From: the human T2T-CHM13v2.0 reference genome, Homo sapiens
DNA: 64,000 bases
Assembly (NCBI RefSeq): GCF_009914755.1
Contig: NC_060931.1
Direction: 5' to 3' (one strand)
In this document: positions 25,309-39,046 of the stretch, piece by piece
Layout: each line of letters opens with the position of its first letter
Position numbering within the stretch: position 1 is the stretch's first letter
Translations under genes and position numbers: made by a program
The notes under the pieces: model-generated
Databases searched by the model: none
What the model was told of the DNA's origin: nothing
The model's input: the letters and a program-made list of their open reading frames with translations, nothing else

Positions 25309-25547
25309 GGGAGGGAAGGAGGGATGGAAGGAAGGAAGGAAGGAAGGAAGGAGAAGGAGAAGGGGAAGGGGAAGGAGAAGGGGAAGGGGAAGGGGAAAGG
25401 GAAGGGGAAGGGAGGGAAGGGGGAAGGGAGGGAAGGGAGGGAAGGGAGGAAGGGAGGAAGGGAAGGGAGGGAAGTCAGGGAAGGGAGGAGGGGAAGGGAG
25501 GGAAGGGAGGGAAGGGAGGGAAGGAAGGGAAGGAAGCAAAGAAAGAG
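25309..25547 (+). repeat. Polypurine (GGAA/GGGAA/GGGA)n low-complexity tract
   Basis: About 240 bp almost entirely G and A; includes (GGAA)6 at 25326-25349. Confidence 0.95.
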
Positions 25548-25611
25548 ACTTGCTAAGTCATGCTAAATTAAGCACTGAGGATGAGGGGATCAAATAACTT
25601 CATGAGATCTT

Positions 25612-25975
25612 TGTCACAGGTAGCTACTATCTGGGCCCAGAGGCTGAGGCAGTAAAGGAATGTACCAAGACAGCTGTAGGTAAAGAAAGACAGATTTATT
25701 AAACTATGAAAATACATTGCAAGGTTGCAATGGGCAGCACAGCAGAGAAGGGACTGTCTGCAGAGGCAGGGGCTGGGGAGAAGTTTTATAGGATCATGCT
25801 GAAGGGGGCTTGTGGGGAACAAGGTCGTTGTGCCCTAGGAAGAAGGTTCTTGTGCCTGTGGGTTTGTGATTGGCCATCCCTCAGAACAATTGCTCATTAT
25901 TCTTTCCCACTTGTGGCCCTCCCACAACTGGGGCCCTTCCACATTGCTACTTATTTATCTTATCAGGACTCCACA
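25612..25975 (-). mobile_element. LTR47-like solo LTR (ERVL)
   Basis: Ends tgtcacagg...cttatcaggactccaca; near-TSD atctt/acctt; antisense poly(A) signal tttatt; gtaaaggaatgtaccaagacagctgtaggtaaagaaag motif. Confidence 0.65.
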
Positions 25976-26379
25976 ACCTTCTTCCCACAGATTGCCAAAG
26001 AACTTCCTCCCTAATGAACCATTTAGTCCCCTGGATTCATGGATCACTTCTAGAAGAACAACTCCCAAATCTGTAACTTGGAACCTAATTACTCTTATGA
26101 CATTCTGCTCCAAGCCCCTGGAGCACCATATCTGCCCTAGTCCTTATATCTCAGTCCCCAGTTCAGTGCCTGCAGCATGCTCAATAATCATTTGCCAAAG
26201 ATTTGCCATTAATCCAATTAATGAATGAATACTTGGATATGCAAACTTGTTCCTTCTTCTCATTCCCCATCTCAGGCATGACAAGACTATGCCAGTTTGG
26301 TGTTTCAGAGCCCCTATTCATATTTCCCATGCTTTCACCCCCTGTTCTAATTAGTTAGCAAACCCTCGCAAGTTTGCTT

Positions 26380-27300
26380 CATAATAAAACTTAAACCTGC
26401 CTCCCCTTTACTGTGTCCACTTCCTTTTTGTAGGCTGTCATTAGCTCTGAGCTGAATGACTGCAATGCCCTACCTAGCCTGCCCTGCTTCCATTCATGTC
26501 CCTGTAACTACCAAACTGCCATCCCAGTAGTTATTTAAAGCACATAACTCTTCTGTCTCTCTCTCTCTCTCTCTCTCTGTCTCCCTCCCCCTCCACCCCA
26601 TCTATCTCTCTTTCTCTCTCTTTGACATTTCACACAAATACACACACTCACCACACATGCTTGTGTACACACACATACACACTCAAGCACACACCTGCCC
26701 ACACACACAACACACTCCCACCCTTAGACACCTTCAGTGGCTCCTGTGTGTCTACCAAGCAAAGCCCAGATTCAGTAATTTAGAGCATCCAGATGTGATT
26801 CTGTGGAATCACCATAATCTACCTTTTTCCTCCATCTTCCTCCATCATCTACAGCCTCTTCCCCCTCCATTCTGCCCTCACCATCCCAGTGATGCCTTTT
26901 CCCATGCAAGACCTGTATCTTCTCCAGGGATGACTTTGCTCATACACTTCCCTCTTCCAGGAATCCCTCCACTGATCCTCTACCCTGATTTCTGTCTGCC
27001 AAGCTCCTGCATTCTCCAAGCCCAGGCCCTCTGCCTGTTCTTTCACAAAGCCTTTCCAAAAATTGCCAATTAGAGTGTTATCTATCTGGCTACTTTCACA
27101 GTGCTTCAGCTATGTCTTTATCATAGCATTATCAAAATATACTTCATATCAATATTTATGTGTTTGTCTCTCTCTCCCATGAAGCTATAGCATCTGTGGG
27201 ATCGGTGTTGTAGCCTACTCATTTCTATAACCCCACATGGAACTTAGAACTTAGTACAGAGCTTGGCACTGAGAAAAGGCTCAGAAATGTGTTTGAATAT
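26380..27300 (+). mobile_element. L2 fragments with embedded (CT)n/(CA)n repeats at 26553-26720
   Basis: gactgcaatgccctacct..., ccttcagtggctcc..., tail cagagcttggcactgagaaaaggctcagaaatgtgtttgaat. Confidence 0.55.
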
Positions 27301-29516
27301 ATGCCATTAACTTCCATAATAATGTCAGAAATATACACAATCTATCTGCCTACTATATCTATCTGCCTAGTATCTGTCTATCAATGTATCACCTTTAACT
27401 ATCACCTATCTGGTATGTACGTACACACAGTTGGCCCCCACATAAAATGAAAATATAAAAATCCTATGTAAGGGCTCTTATACCCACATGCAAGAATATT
27501 TTGCCTAACAATGCACAGGCTATGCCTTCACTTTTCTCATATAACTCCTTCAGGCAGTTCGTATGATAGACATGTGAACATGTAACTTGCAATCTCCCTG
27601 AAAAAGCACACGTGGATTGAAATGCACAGTGCAGCTCTTGGCCATCTCTCACTGACTTTGCCTTGGGAGAGCCATTCATCCAGGGGTTCAGAGAGTTCTC
27701 CAGCCCAAAACCACATGTCTGTGCTCCTTCAGGAGGTCACACTGGGCTCCCCGGTTTGCATTCATTCTGAATGGTACCACCATCCCTTTGATTCAGTGGG
27801 TCCCCTTACCCCAAATCAGTCATTTCCCGACCTCATGCCTGATAGCTTTGGTGCTAACAAATTTTATCAGATAAGCGTGTTAAATGGTGCTGAATTTGGG
27901 AGGGGTTTTCTAAGTCTCCTGTAGGATTAGAGCCTCTGGTGACCTCACTGCCCCCAGCTGCAGGACTTTCTGCTGAGAGCAGATCACTAACTTACCCTTT
28001 TTATCTGGGCATTCTAATCTGCTTCCCAACTAGGCAAACACAAACTTTTGTCTACATTTTCCTCGGTGTAACAAATAAACCATTCTGGACAGTAGGCAAA
28101 GCTCAAAGGTGATAAACTACAGAAACGCAATTAAAATGCCAGAAAACTACCTTGAAATGTTCTGAGCAAAAATGACATTTGGCCTAAAGGAAAAAATAGA
28201 CACTGTAGAGCTAAATATGAAATTGTAAAATTGCTAAACATAAAACCAAAAATATTTATTTTCATATTTTCCCTGACTCCCAGTTCAAGGTGGAGAAAAT
28301 TATCTTTCTTCCAGATAATTTCCTCCTGAGAGGCTGTAATTGGCAGCCAGAGAAGTCCTAATGCTTTGATTGGTACAAGCTGCTGAAAAGAATGTTTAAT
28401 TAAATCATATTTTATGGAGATAAACAAGCTGGTTAGCTGCTATTTGCAGCTCTTCAATTCTCTTGTCAGTGGTATTATCAGATGAAGGAGATGTGGATTC
28501 ATTTCACCCCTCATGCAAGTAGAAAAAAGCCTTCTCGGCCTTCTCAGGTTTTTTGTTTATTGGTGCAATGTATTTGAAGAAAATTATATATGTAAAATGC
28601 ACTATAATATGTCCTAGATTTGAGAAGTATTAGAGTAATTCTAGTCTTTAACTTCCCTACAACAAGGCTGTAATGTTGATCAATAATAATATTACTATAA
28701 AAGTCATGTTTTCAGTGCCTTCTCTCTCTTTCTCCCTCTCTCTCTCTAGGTAGACAGATATAGATAAATAGACAGATAGGCATGCATGTGTGTATCTGCA
28801 CATGCCAGTGGTCTGAATAACAGAAGGAGTCCTTCCAAGGCCATCCTGACCTGCAGCCATGTTGGTGTAGGAACTGTCTCCAGGGAGCCAAAGTCATAAG
28901 ATGACGGCAGTGGAAAAGGGAGAGCTAAAGCTGGCTCTCCCTGACTTGATGACTTGCTTATCCCTACTTTGCATCTGAAAATCCAGGTTCTCTCTGCCAC
29001 TTCTGGAGACTAAAACACTCCCACCCACACACCAGTCTTCCTTTTTCAGTTTATACTCACTTATCTGAACCAACATGATTGAAACTATTGAGCCAAGCTC
29101 CTGGAATCAGGCTAACATTTATTCATTCATTAAGTCAGTTAATGTAAGTGAACTGAGCTTTAAGAAAACTCACTTAAAAGTTATAGAGACAAATAAGACA
29201 AAGACACAATTATTGCCTTGACTCACAATCCAGCAGTAAGAGTGCACAGGGAATGTTAGACAAGTGGTGTCTGAGAGGTGAGCCCAGGATTGGAGGCCGA
29301 GAGCAAGGGTGACAGATGGTCTGGTGGGCTTCAGGGAAGAGTGGGTGCTTGAGCGGAGGGGACGCTCATGGAGGTTCCCAATGGGCACAGAGGAAGTGGA
29401 ATTTATGACAGAAATGCAACCTTTGCTATCAGAGTGTTAAATGAACACTTTATAGATGATGTCCTAACAACAATAAAAACTTTCTTAAGCGTAGCTTTTA
29501 GGTTTTTGTATCTTCC

Positions 29517-29817
29517 TGTGACAGATGATAGTTTCTAAAAGTGACTACAACAATACATCTCATCCCACGTATCTTTCTGCTGTGTCCCCGTAAGAGAAGG
29601 AGTCTATAGGTCCACAGCCCTGGAATGTGGGCGGGCCATGTGGCTGTGTTCACCAACAGAATTCAGTGGAATCAACATTCATTGTTCTGGGCATGGCCTT
29701 TAGCTGGTCTGGCTTCTTCCACTTCCTGCCTCTTAGGAGCCAGCCAAGCCCCATGTAAAGGTCCTGAAGGATGAGATGCCATGTGGGAAGGGAGGAAGGG
29801 GATGTGGAGGGAGGGAG

Positions 29818-29854
<37 letters not shown>

Positions 29855-30070
29855 GGAGCACAGAGGTACCAGACGTGTAAGTGGAGAAGCCATCTTGGAA
29901 GGGAGCCTCTGGTCCCCAAAGCCTGAGCTGACGTCACATGGATCAAAGATGAACTGCCCAGCCAAGCCCTTCCTGAATTCCTGACCCACAAAATAGTGAG
30001 CAAAATAAAATGGCTGGCTTAAGCTACTACATTTTGGGATATTTTGTGCAGTGAAACGTTCACCAAAACA
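29517..30070 (+). mobile_element. MLT1H-like LTR (MaLR) with internal (GA)n
   Basis: tgtgacaga...gaactgcccagccaagcccttcctgaattcctgacccacaaaatagtgagcaaaataaaatgg...aaaca. Confidence 0.75.
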
Positions 30071-32206
30071 CCAAGATCCTAAGATGGATATATAATGCTA
30101 AGGGAAATAGATTCTTAACATGACTTAGGATGTTAGCCTGTTAGCCCATACATATTAAGATAAAAGAGAAATCTGAGTCCCTTCGTATTCCCTTCTACTT
30201 GGTGTGTGCTTGACTGTCCTTCTGGGACTGATCTTCTTCTTTCATGTAGGTCAAAGGTAAACACTAATGCAATTCATAATATTCCTTCCTCATGGGTGAA
30301 AGATCTTGCGTGGAATCTGTGGATCAGTGTGTTGTCTTCTTTGTGCCCCCACCTCTAAATAAGAAGTTATTTAAGTGTTAGCTTGTCAAATAATGGAGGA
30401 AACATTTTTTGTTCATTTTTTTAATCTCCAAAAGTATTAACTCCAAAGGCATACTCCTGCACAGATTAATAGACTTAGGTCTTCATCCGACGTCAAGAGC
30501 ATGATTACCTGCTTTGAAGGCTTTCGAAGTCTCCCAGAGAGCAAAGTCATGTCCCATTGTAGTGTCTTAGAGGAGACTAGGCTAGAATCAAGTGCTATGT
30601 GACTAAGAGTCCCCATTCTACCAAACACTGAGGTGTCCCCCAGAGCTTTCCAAAAAGCAGTTAACTCACCCAATACATTATAAATATATTAAGGTAGACT
30701 GAATAGTTCAGCCTTATTCCTTCTTTCCCTGCCCCCTCCATTCCCAGCCCCAGCTGAGTCCGGGATTCATGGGTTCTGATTTCATCCCACTTGGAAATAA
30801 GCAAATGGTGAGACTGACCAGAAAACTTGTCATCAGGCAGGACTTTCGTGAAATGGCTAATTAGCCATTTCATATTTTTTGTTATTTCTTTTGCAATTCA
30901 CGTTAAAAATATGCTCCATGGATGCCAGTCTGCTAGGACGCAAGGAGCCCCTGTCACTCAGCAGTAATTCCATGAAATAATAAATACCTAGACCAGCAGC
31001 TCCAGACGCCTGCTTCAGTTCATCCCCAAACGCCCTGGGACATGTGGCCAGGCTCCCACGCCAGCCACCAAGCTCTGCGGGGGCAGAGAGCGTCACCACC
31101 ACCAACAAGGGGCTGTGCCCGCCCAGGGGTCTTCTCTGCACAGGTTTCCTTCACCATGGGTCTGTCTCCTGTTTCCGAGGTCAGCCAAGGACTGGGTGTG
31201 AAAGGCCGTCTTTATTCTGCACGGTTATCACAGGCAGCCCATCTCCTGAGTGAAATTTCAGGAATGGAAGTTCCTCAGGGAAAGATGCCATTTCATCCTC
31301 TAAGCTGCATCAGCTGGAGCTGGGAGGCAACCGGTTACATCTGCGGAACAGCTTGGGCCGGGACCGTGTGTTCTGTCAGCTTTTAGGTGGGGTCCACTCA
31401 GGCTCGCGCCAGGATTTCAGCCGGGCCCTCCCTGCTCCCCGCCCTGGCCTAGCTGAGCATCTCAGGAAAGAAACAGTAACTTCCCTGCAGAGGCTCACCC
31501 GGCCTCATCTGTGTTAGGAAAACAGTAGGGAACTATCAAAATATGACAGAGGAAGATGTTGTTCAGGCCGCCCTGGGCTGTGGTCATCCTCGCTGTGACA
31601 GCAAGCCAAATGTGGCCCGACTTACAGCGGCCCTCCCGGTGGGAGACGATGGCGGGGAGAAGGCAGGGAGGCACAGGGCATCTGGCTTCCTTCCCCACCC
31701 CACACAGGACTAGGTCTTCATTTAGGACCCAGGATTTTAGTCCAGACTAAAACTGGAGATATCAGTGAAATCAGAGAATTCCATAATAGGATTAGAATCA
31801 CCCTAGATGCATCTTCAACCAGCGACACTCAGAAGTACTCGTTCTTTCTAGAACTTTCTGTGCACGCTGGACAGAGCTTTGGTTAGACAGCCCTGTTTTA
31901 TTTCGTACCCTCCTTAGTGCATATGTCCCAGGGAGGGGGTCTTGAGTGCTTTTGACTTCATAGCATTCTAGAAAATATCCGTCTCTTGTTCTAGCAGCCA
32001 TAGGTAAATGACAATGGCGACGCTACTGAAAAATCACAACTCGTGTGTTCTAAAATGACCACAAAGGGTAGCACGGAGGCAAGCAGTTTTGTCACTCCTT
32101 CAAGGCCCCGTGGGGTGTGATAACGAATACAGGCAGTCAGTGAAATGTTCTAGCCATTTTTCTTCTTGACCTTTCTAAGCCATAATTTTGTAATTTGAAC
32201 ATCTAA

Positions 32207-32535
<329 letters not shown>

Positions 32536-33139
32536 TAACCATCATTTTTTAAAGTTCCGTATTTCTTTCACCTATCGTTTCCAAACGAAGAATTGAAGTA
32601 TTTTACAAATAGGTTTTTTCTTAGACTGTCATTGCTGCCTGCATTACAAGGTAATTGATTTTAGAAGTCGATTTTTTCATAGCAATATGTGGCTTTCTAG
32701 AGATCTTCGCTTTAGTCAAGGCTTTCCGATTGTTTGGCGCCTTTTTGTGGAGTGATTTGCTGTCTCTACTGGCAGAATGTCTTATTCCCAAACTTATAAG
32801 TCATACAGGCAGAATCCATGTATTCCATAATTTCTTTTCCTGCCACTCCAAACATTGGCTAAAGAAACCAAATTTACTTTAAAACTATACTGCTCAGGGA
32901 GAAGATGTGAAACACTCTAGTGCAGCAGAATAATGACATAATGAAAAATGGGTTCTTGAGTGCGTGCATGGAGTTTTTAAAACTGGTCTTTGCTGGAGAG
33001 AGAGAAAGCACTCTTCACCACTGTTTGTAAATTATGATGGCATACCCAAATAAAAACAAACAAAACCAAACAACCCCCCCAAAACAGTACAAATGGATAA
33101 TTATAGAAAGTTGATTAAATTAATTTTGATATGTATACA

Positions 33140-33167
33140 TTTTCTTTTCACCACAATCAAATCAAAT
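33140..33167 (+). repeat. Local direct repeat C, copy 1
   Basis: ttttcttttcaccacaatcaaatcaaat, identical to 34360-34387. Confidence 0.85.
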
Positions 33168-34359
33168 GTTCTCAAGTCTTTTAAAGTGGTCATGAAGATT
33201 CTGTATTTATTCATATCAAAATATGCTCCTGACACATTGTTAAGTGAAAAAGTAGTTTAGACTGTATAATATAAATGCATATTTTGGGTTGTAAAAGGTG
33301 TGCATATATCCACAGAAAAATGTCCAGACAAAAATATATGTCAAAATGCTAACATGTAAGCACTCCGCATTCCTGAGCATTGGGTTGTTTGTTTTATTCT
33401 TTATCATTTTCTTTATGGTATGACTTTCATTTTAATTCAGAATATCCATTACTTTGTATTAAAAGAACAATATTTTCAATTAAAATATTTTTAATGTGGA
33501 TTTTTTACACATTTCTAAATGTGTTAGCTTCTTCTTTCATTCAAAACAAAAGGTTCTGGGATAGCTAGAAAGATCTCTGTCCTCACAGACACTTTTACAG
33601 GGGAGGAGTGTATAGAAAAATTGGTATAGGTGATAAAGATATGTTCAAGATATAGAGTGGCAATAAAGAGTGAATGATCATATATCCAGGATGTTTTAAA
33701 ACTCTCAACCTAAACAGTTTTTTGGAAATGCTAGAGAAACATTTTATTAATTAAAACCACACAAATTCAGAATTTGTAAAAAGTCTCTTGGGACTGAGTG
33801 GAGATTACGTTTTGAATGTTAGTAAATAAGAAACATTTATTAAACAACAAGTACACTGGATTCCATAGTGACTTGTTTAATTTTTCTAAGACATCTGACT
33901 GTGCCTTCTAGGGAACAAGCTGGATCCTTCTTATTCCTTGTGTAAATCCACTCTGGGCAGAGCCAGGTACCTCATGGGTGCATAATAAAAGAAGTTTTAA
34001 AATTATTATTATTGAATGACATAATATACACGGCTTATATGCAAATGAGGCTACTTACAAATGGAAGTTATCAATAGTCAGTCAAACCCACTTGGAAGTA
34101 ACACTGTGAAAAGGGCTCTTCTCATACCTAAAAGTAATTCAACTTCACTCTATAATATTCAGGCTTTCAATTATTCCTTCCCCTTTTAGTCTACAAGATT
34201 AACATGTTGTATAATTTTAGATTTAATTAATAAAATTATTTAAACTGGTAGTAGAATGTTAGATGAGTAGTAATCAAATATATTTCATCTGACAAATCAG
34301 ATGCTTTTACATATTTTGCTTTTTTGACTGCTTACTAGTTTATTTTAGTACATTAGCAT

Positions 34360-34387
34360 TTTTCTTTTCACCACAATCAAATCAAAT
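34360..34387 (+). repeat. Local direct repeat C, copy 2
   Basis: 28-bp exact match to 33140-33167. Confidence 0.85.
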
Positions 34388-34926
34388 AATTCTAACATGA
34401 AATGTCATTTTTCTGCAATGTACTGTTATGGTATAACATTCTTTTCATACATAGCATTGTAAGTAGTATTGTTTGCCACTGTCATTGAATTCCATCCATT
34501 ATATTGAGGTATTGCTTTTGCAAAGACAGAACATTGGGATGTAACACAAAATGAGATGTTCTTCACATTTTCATTGTCAGCCAACAGTGGTGATATTGAA
34601 AGAGAAAGAACAATTGTGTGTACACAAATTTCTCTCTGAACTTTTTCAGTTTTCAATCTATAAGTGGGTATCATACACAAAAGTCGGTCATACATTACAT
34701 CCCTGACATTGTTCATACACTACATCTGAACAATGGCAGAACAAAATAGTCACCTACAACTGTCACTAATTTTGAAAAAGAAGGGGGGATTTACTTCTCT
34801 ATAAAATATTCTTTAAATTCATTGTGAATAATAGAAAAGGAAAACATGTAATATTCCAAAGCAGAGGCTTTCTGCATCCCCAATTCCTCTCCCTTTCTTC
34901 TACTGCCCTGCCCACTTGTGTTGCCT

Positions 34927-34927
34927 T

Positions 34928-34959
<32 letters not shown>

Positions 34960-34962
34960 CAC
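34927..34962 (+). repeat. (CA)n microsatellite
   Basis: Near-perfect CA run with one cg interruption. Confidence 0.95.
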
Positions 34963-37324
34963 TTCATGTGCATGAAGATATTCACAGCACTTAGCTCCCT
35001 CTAAAAATGGGCTGGAATTCTATAGTTGAAAAATCTAGATTCAGACCTCTGACTCCAGTACATGGGGCTTTTCCATGCAATAGGTGAAGTCAGACGTTTG
35101 TCATTTGAGACACAGAACCCTGACTTGTTACTTCATGACACAGCCGGTGGTTTAACTACTCCCATCTTGATTCCAGATTTAAACACATAGTTGAAAAGAA
35201 ATGTAGCCCTTCCTGAATTGGAGAATCATAAATGGGAAAAGGGGAACCAAAGTTCCCTTTTAAACCTGCATCTTTGCTTTTGTTGTTAACTAATAAAGTC
35301 TGTAGTTGATAGCTAAGCACTGAATGAAAATTAATTGTTAAATTCTGAGAATTGAACCTTCTTGTATTTTAATTTTGTTCAAACGTATTTTTTTCTTTTT
35401 CTTTTTTTTGTAAAAAAAAGAAAAAGCACAAACTTTCTTCTGCCTGCAACATTTCAGTAGGGTAAAACATCCTTTCTTTGTATTTGAATTCACTTTTTTG
35501 ATGCAAGAAGAAAGGGAAAGATCTTGATGCAGGAAAATGGCATTGGCTCACAGATGCTATCTGCCATGCTTTTGTGCAGCTTACTTTATAACATACATGG
35601 GGCAGGATTTCTAGACTCTACCTTTCCTCACCTAATAATTCACCCTTTCAGTCCCTGTGCACATATTTATCAAGGTTGGGAACTTTTTTTCCGATTATTT
35701 AAAAGTCGTCATTGCAGTTACTTCCTCTGAAACAGACCACCTCTTTCATTAGGAATATTTATGGGAAATAATATATTTGTACAGTTGAAAGTATCACCTG
35801 TTTTGCTAAGTCAGTTCTTGTCTGAACTCAAATATGCTGTTAGAGGGTTTACTCAACAACACTCACTAATGGAAAGCACTAATCAAAACTTTTCTACAGC
35901 AGTAAATTTTTATATTCTTTAACCACTGGATTCCAATTAAATGTATTCAATATAGCAAGCTTTGATTAAACAAATTTTTAAAAAGAGATTATGTATACAG
36001 CCCTGTGGAAAACAAGGCAGGTTAGGTATGCAGGCACTTGTATATTCTTAATAGAAGTCTTTACCTGAAGGTAAAACCCAATAAAGTGTACCCTATAATG
36101 TGCTAGAGACCCTATGTTGATTTACCTGTGTTACATCGTCAGCAGAAATCAACTTTACCAGGTACACACCATGCTTATATATTTAATGCATATAAAAATG
36201 CATATAAAAGATCCTTTTTTCTTTATATAAAGAATTACTGAATTTCATTAGGCCACATTTTTCTCTAAAAAAGTTCTTTGTTAACCATGGGATAACTGAT
36301 TGCAAATAAAGGAAGTTACGGCACTGTGCCGATGTTTATAAAGGGAGGGAAAATCCTTAATGTGAGCCTACAATTTCGATGAAAAAGAAAAACCATCATA
36401 AATACAAGAGCTGGCCTTACTCTAACATACATTAGCAAGATCTTTCAAAGGATCTCCCTGCTTTCACTGACATATAAGTATTTTCCTAAATGACTCAAAA
36501 AAAAGACGTTAGGATACTTAATTGAAGTCTATAAGGAGAGGTCTGGGAATAGGAGGATGAAAATCATTTGGTTTTTGTTTTGAAAAAACAAAAAAAAAAT
36601 CCATTTTTCCTCATCTGAGGATATTTAAACACAACATCTCTATACATTTTCCATAAAAATATCACAGACCTTTCATATGTCAGATTCCCCTCCCCCACTA
36701 TAAGTTTCAGGATTAGTTGCAGCCTTAGAAAAATATTTAATCCTCTTTGCTCTGTGACTTGGCTTAATGAATCTAGGTTGAGTTTCTTTAGGAAATATAA
36801 GAAGCTTCTTGACAACTGAGAAGCCTCCCAGACACTCATTTCTGTCAGAGTTTTCCAAAACCACACGAATAAGCTGTGGCCAGGGAGGTGCCTACATCAG
36901 ACAAGAAAAGAAGAACACGGGCTTCCTTCCCTGACCTCTGCTATGTTTGAGTGAGAAATGTGTTTATTGCTCAGTCTCACTGAGTGTTTAACTGTTCCAG
37001 TTGTGCAAATTATGAGCACTTTCAGTGAAAATTATGAGCGCAGAAGCCTTTCTTTATTATTTCCAACTGTCTGATCTGTTTTGTCCTTGTTCACCACCAC
37101 CTTTGAGAATTGCAAAAAAAAAAAAAAAAACTATGCCAGTTATTTTTGTAATACTACCATTGCATTAAAACCTTTAACCATAAAGTCCTCTAGTGATTTT
37201 TCTTTCCCTCAAAATTTGTATTGCTTTTAAAAAGCATTGCATTAAGATTCTGAACGTTTAACGGAGAGAAGGGTGACATTAGTACACATCCTTTTTAAAC
37301 TCCTGATTGAAACAAAACAAAAAC

Positions 37325-38225
37325 TACGCAAAAGACCTGCTTCTTTGCCTTGGGCCCTGACTTTTTAGGGGGCAGGGTCTTCTGCGAGGGGCGGTTAAGT
37401 GGCAGGGAAGCGCAGATCCCGCTGCACGCCGCAGCAGCCCGGGTGTGGAGCGCGCAGAGGGGGCACCTCGGCTGAGTTTCCGGCACGCTGCGCACCCACG
37501 GGAGGATTTCAGGGAGGCGGTGGCCAAGTCGGGGAGCGCATGCCGGGGCCGTACTCCCTCCTGGGACAGCGAGCCTTCCGAAAGTCCGAGCCCCAAGAAA
37601 AGTTGACCCTGGGTCTGAGAGTAAGAGGGAGGAGCCGAGAGCATGGACTAGAGAGGCACGGAGCCTCCCGGGCCCTGAGGCTGCCGCCTCCCTCCGCAGC
37701 AGCCACCTCCTCCCGCCCTTTACAAAGACAAGCTCCTTGCTCCCAGGAGTCGGCCTGCCCATCCCTGAAATGTGCACGTGAAGGAGGTAGCCTTGGTAGC
37801 CAGGGAAGGTGCGGTGCCCGTGCCGGGGCCGCGGGGCGTGCGGGAGTCCTGGGCGTCGCCGCACCTGCCGGTCTCCTCTGGGAGTCCTGGGCCGAATCCT
37901 CAGTTCGGGCGCCCTCTGGCGCCGCCGTGGGGAAATCATCCGGCGCCAGGCGCCATGCCGCACAACACTGTGGAGCAGCCCTGCCGGCGGGGTGGGTGCC
38001 TCCTATCTAAGGCACTGGACCAGGGGCTCTGCCAGCAAACATGGTTCTTCCATCAGCGTGTCGGGGTTGCAGAACCTCAGGGCATGGTTTCCCTCGGCAA
38101 GGTGTTAGACGCCAATTATCTTCCCCCGACAGACTTCTGTGAGACTTCAAAGGGAAGAGAAAGGAGGATCCCAAGACTTCCAACTCCCTCTTCCTCCCTC
38201 CCTACACACGCGCGCACGCGTAAAC
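37325..38225. promoter_or_regulatory. CpG island (no associated gene visible)
   Basis: Abrupt GC- and CpG-rich, non-repeat block in AT-rich flanks. GC box ggggcgg at ~37388, E-box cacgtg at 37775-37780. Confidence 0.85.
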
Positions 38226-38301
38226 ACACCCACATGCACACAAACACACACACCCTATTCTTTACCTATCCACAGGATCTCTAACATTATTCTTAACCCC
38301 A

Positions 38302-39046
<745 letters not shown>

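Noticed and set aside
25258-25566. Pro-rich and Gly/Glu/Arg-rich ORFs
   Set aside because: Translations of the polypurine simple repeat.
31859-31880. REST/RE1-like motif tgtgcacgctggacagagct
   Set aside because: Several mismatches in the left half-site.
37295-38284. Overlapping ORFs of 222, 203 and 170 aa on both strands
   Set aside because: Arg/Pro/Gly/Ala-rich, several frames open, mostly non-ATG starts, no recognisable domain; expected from stop-codon depletion in a CpG island.
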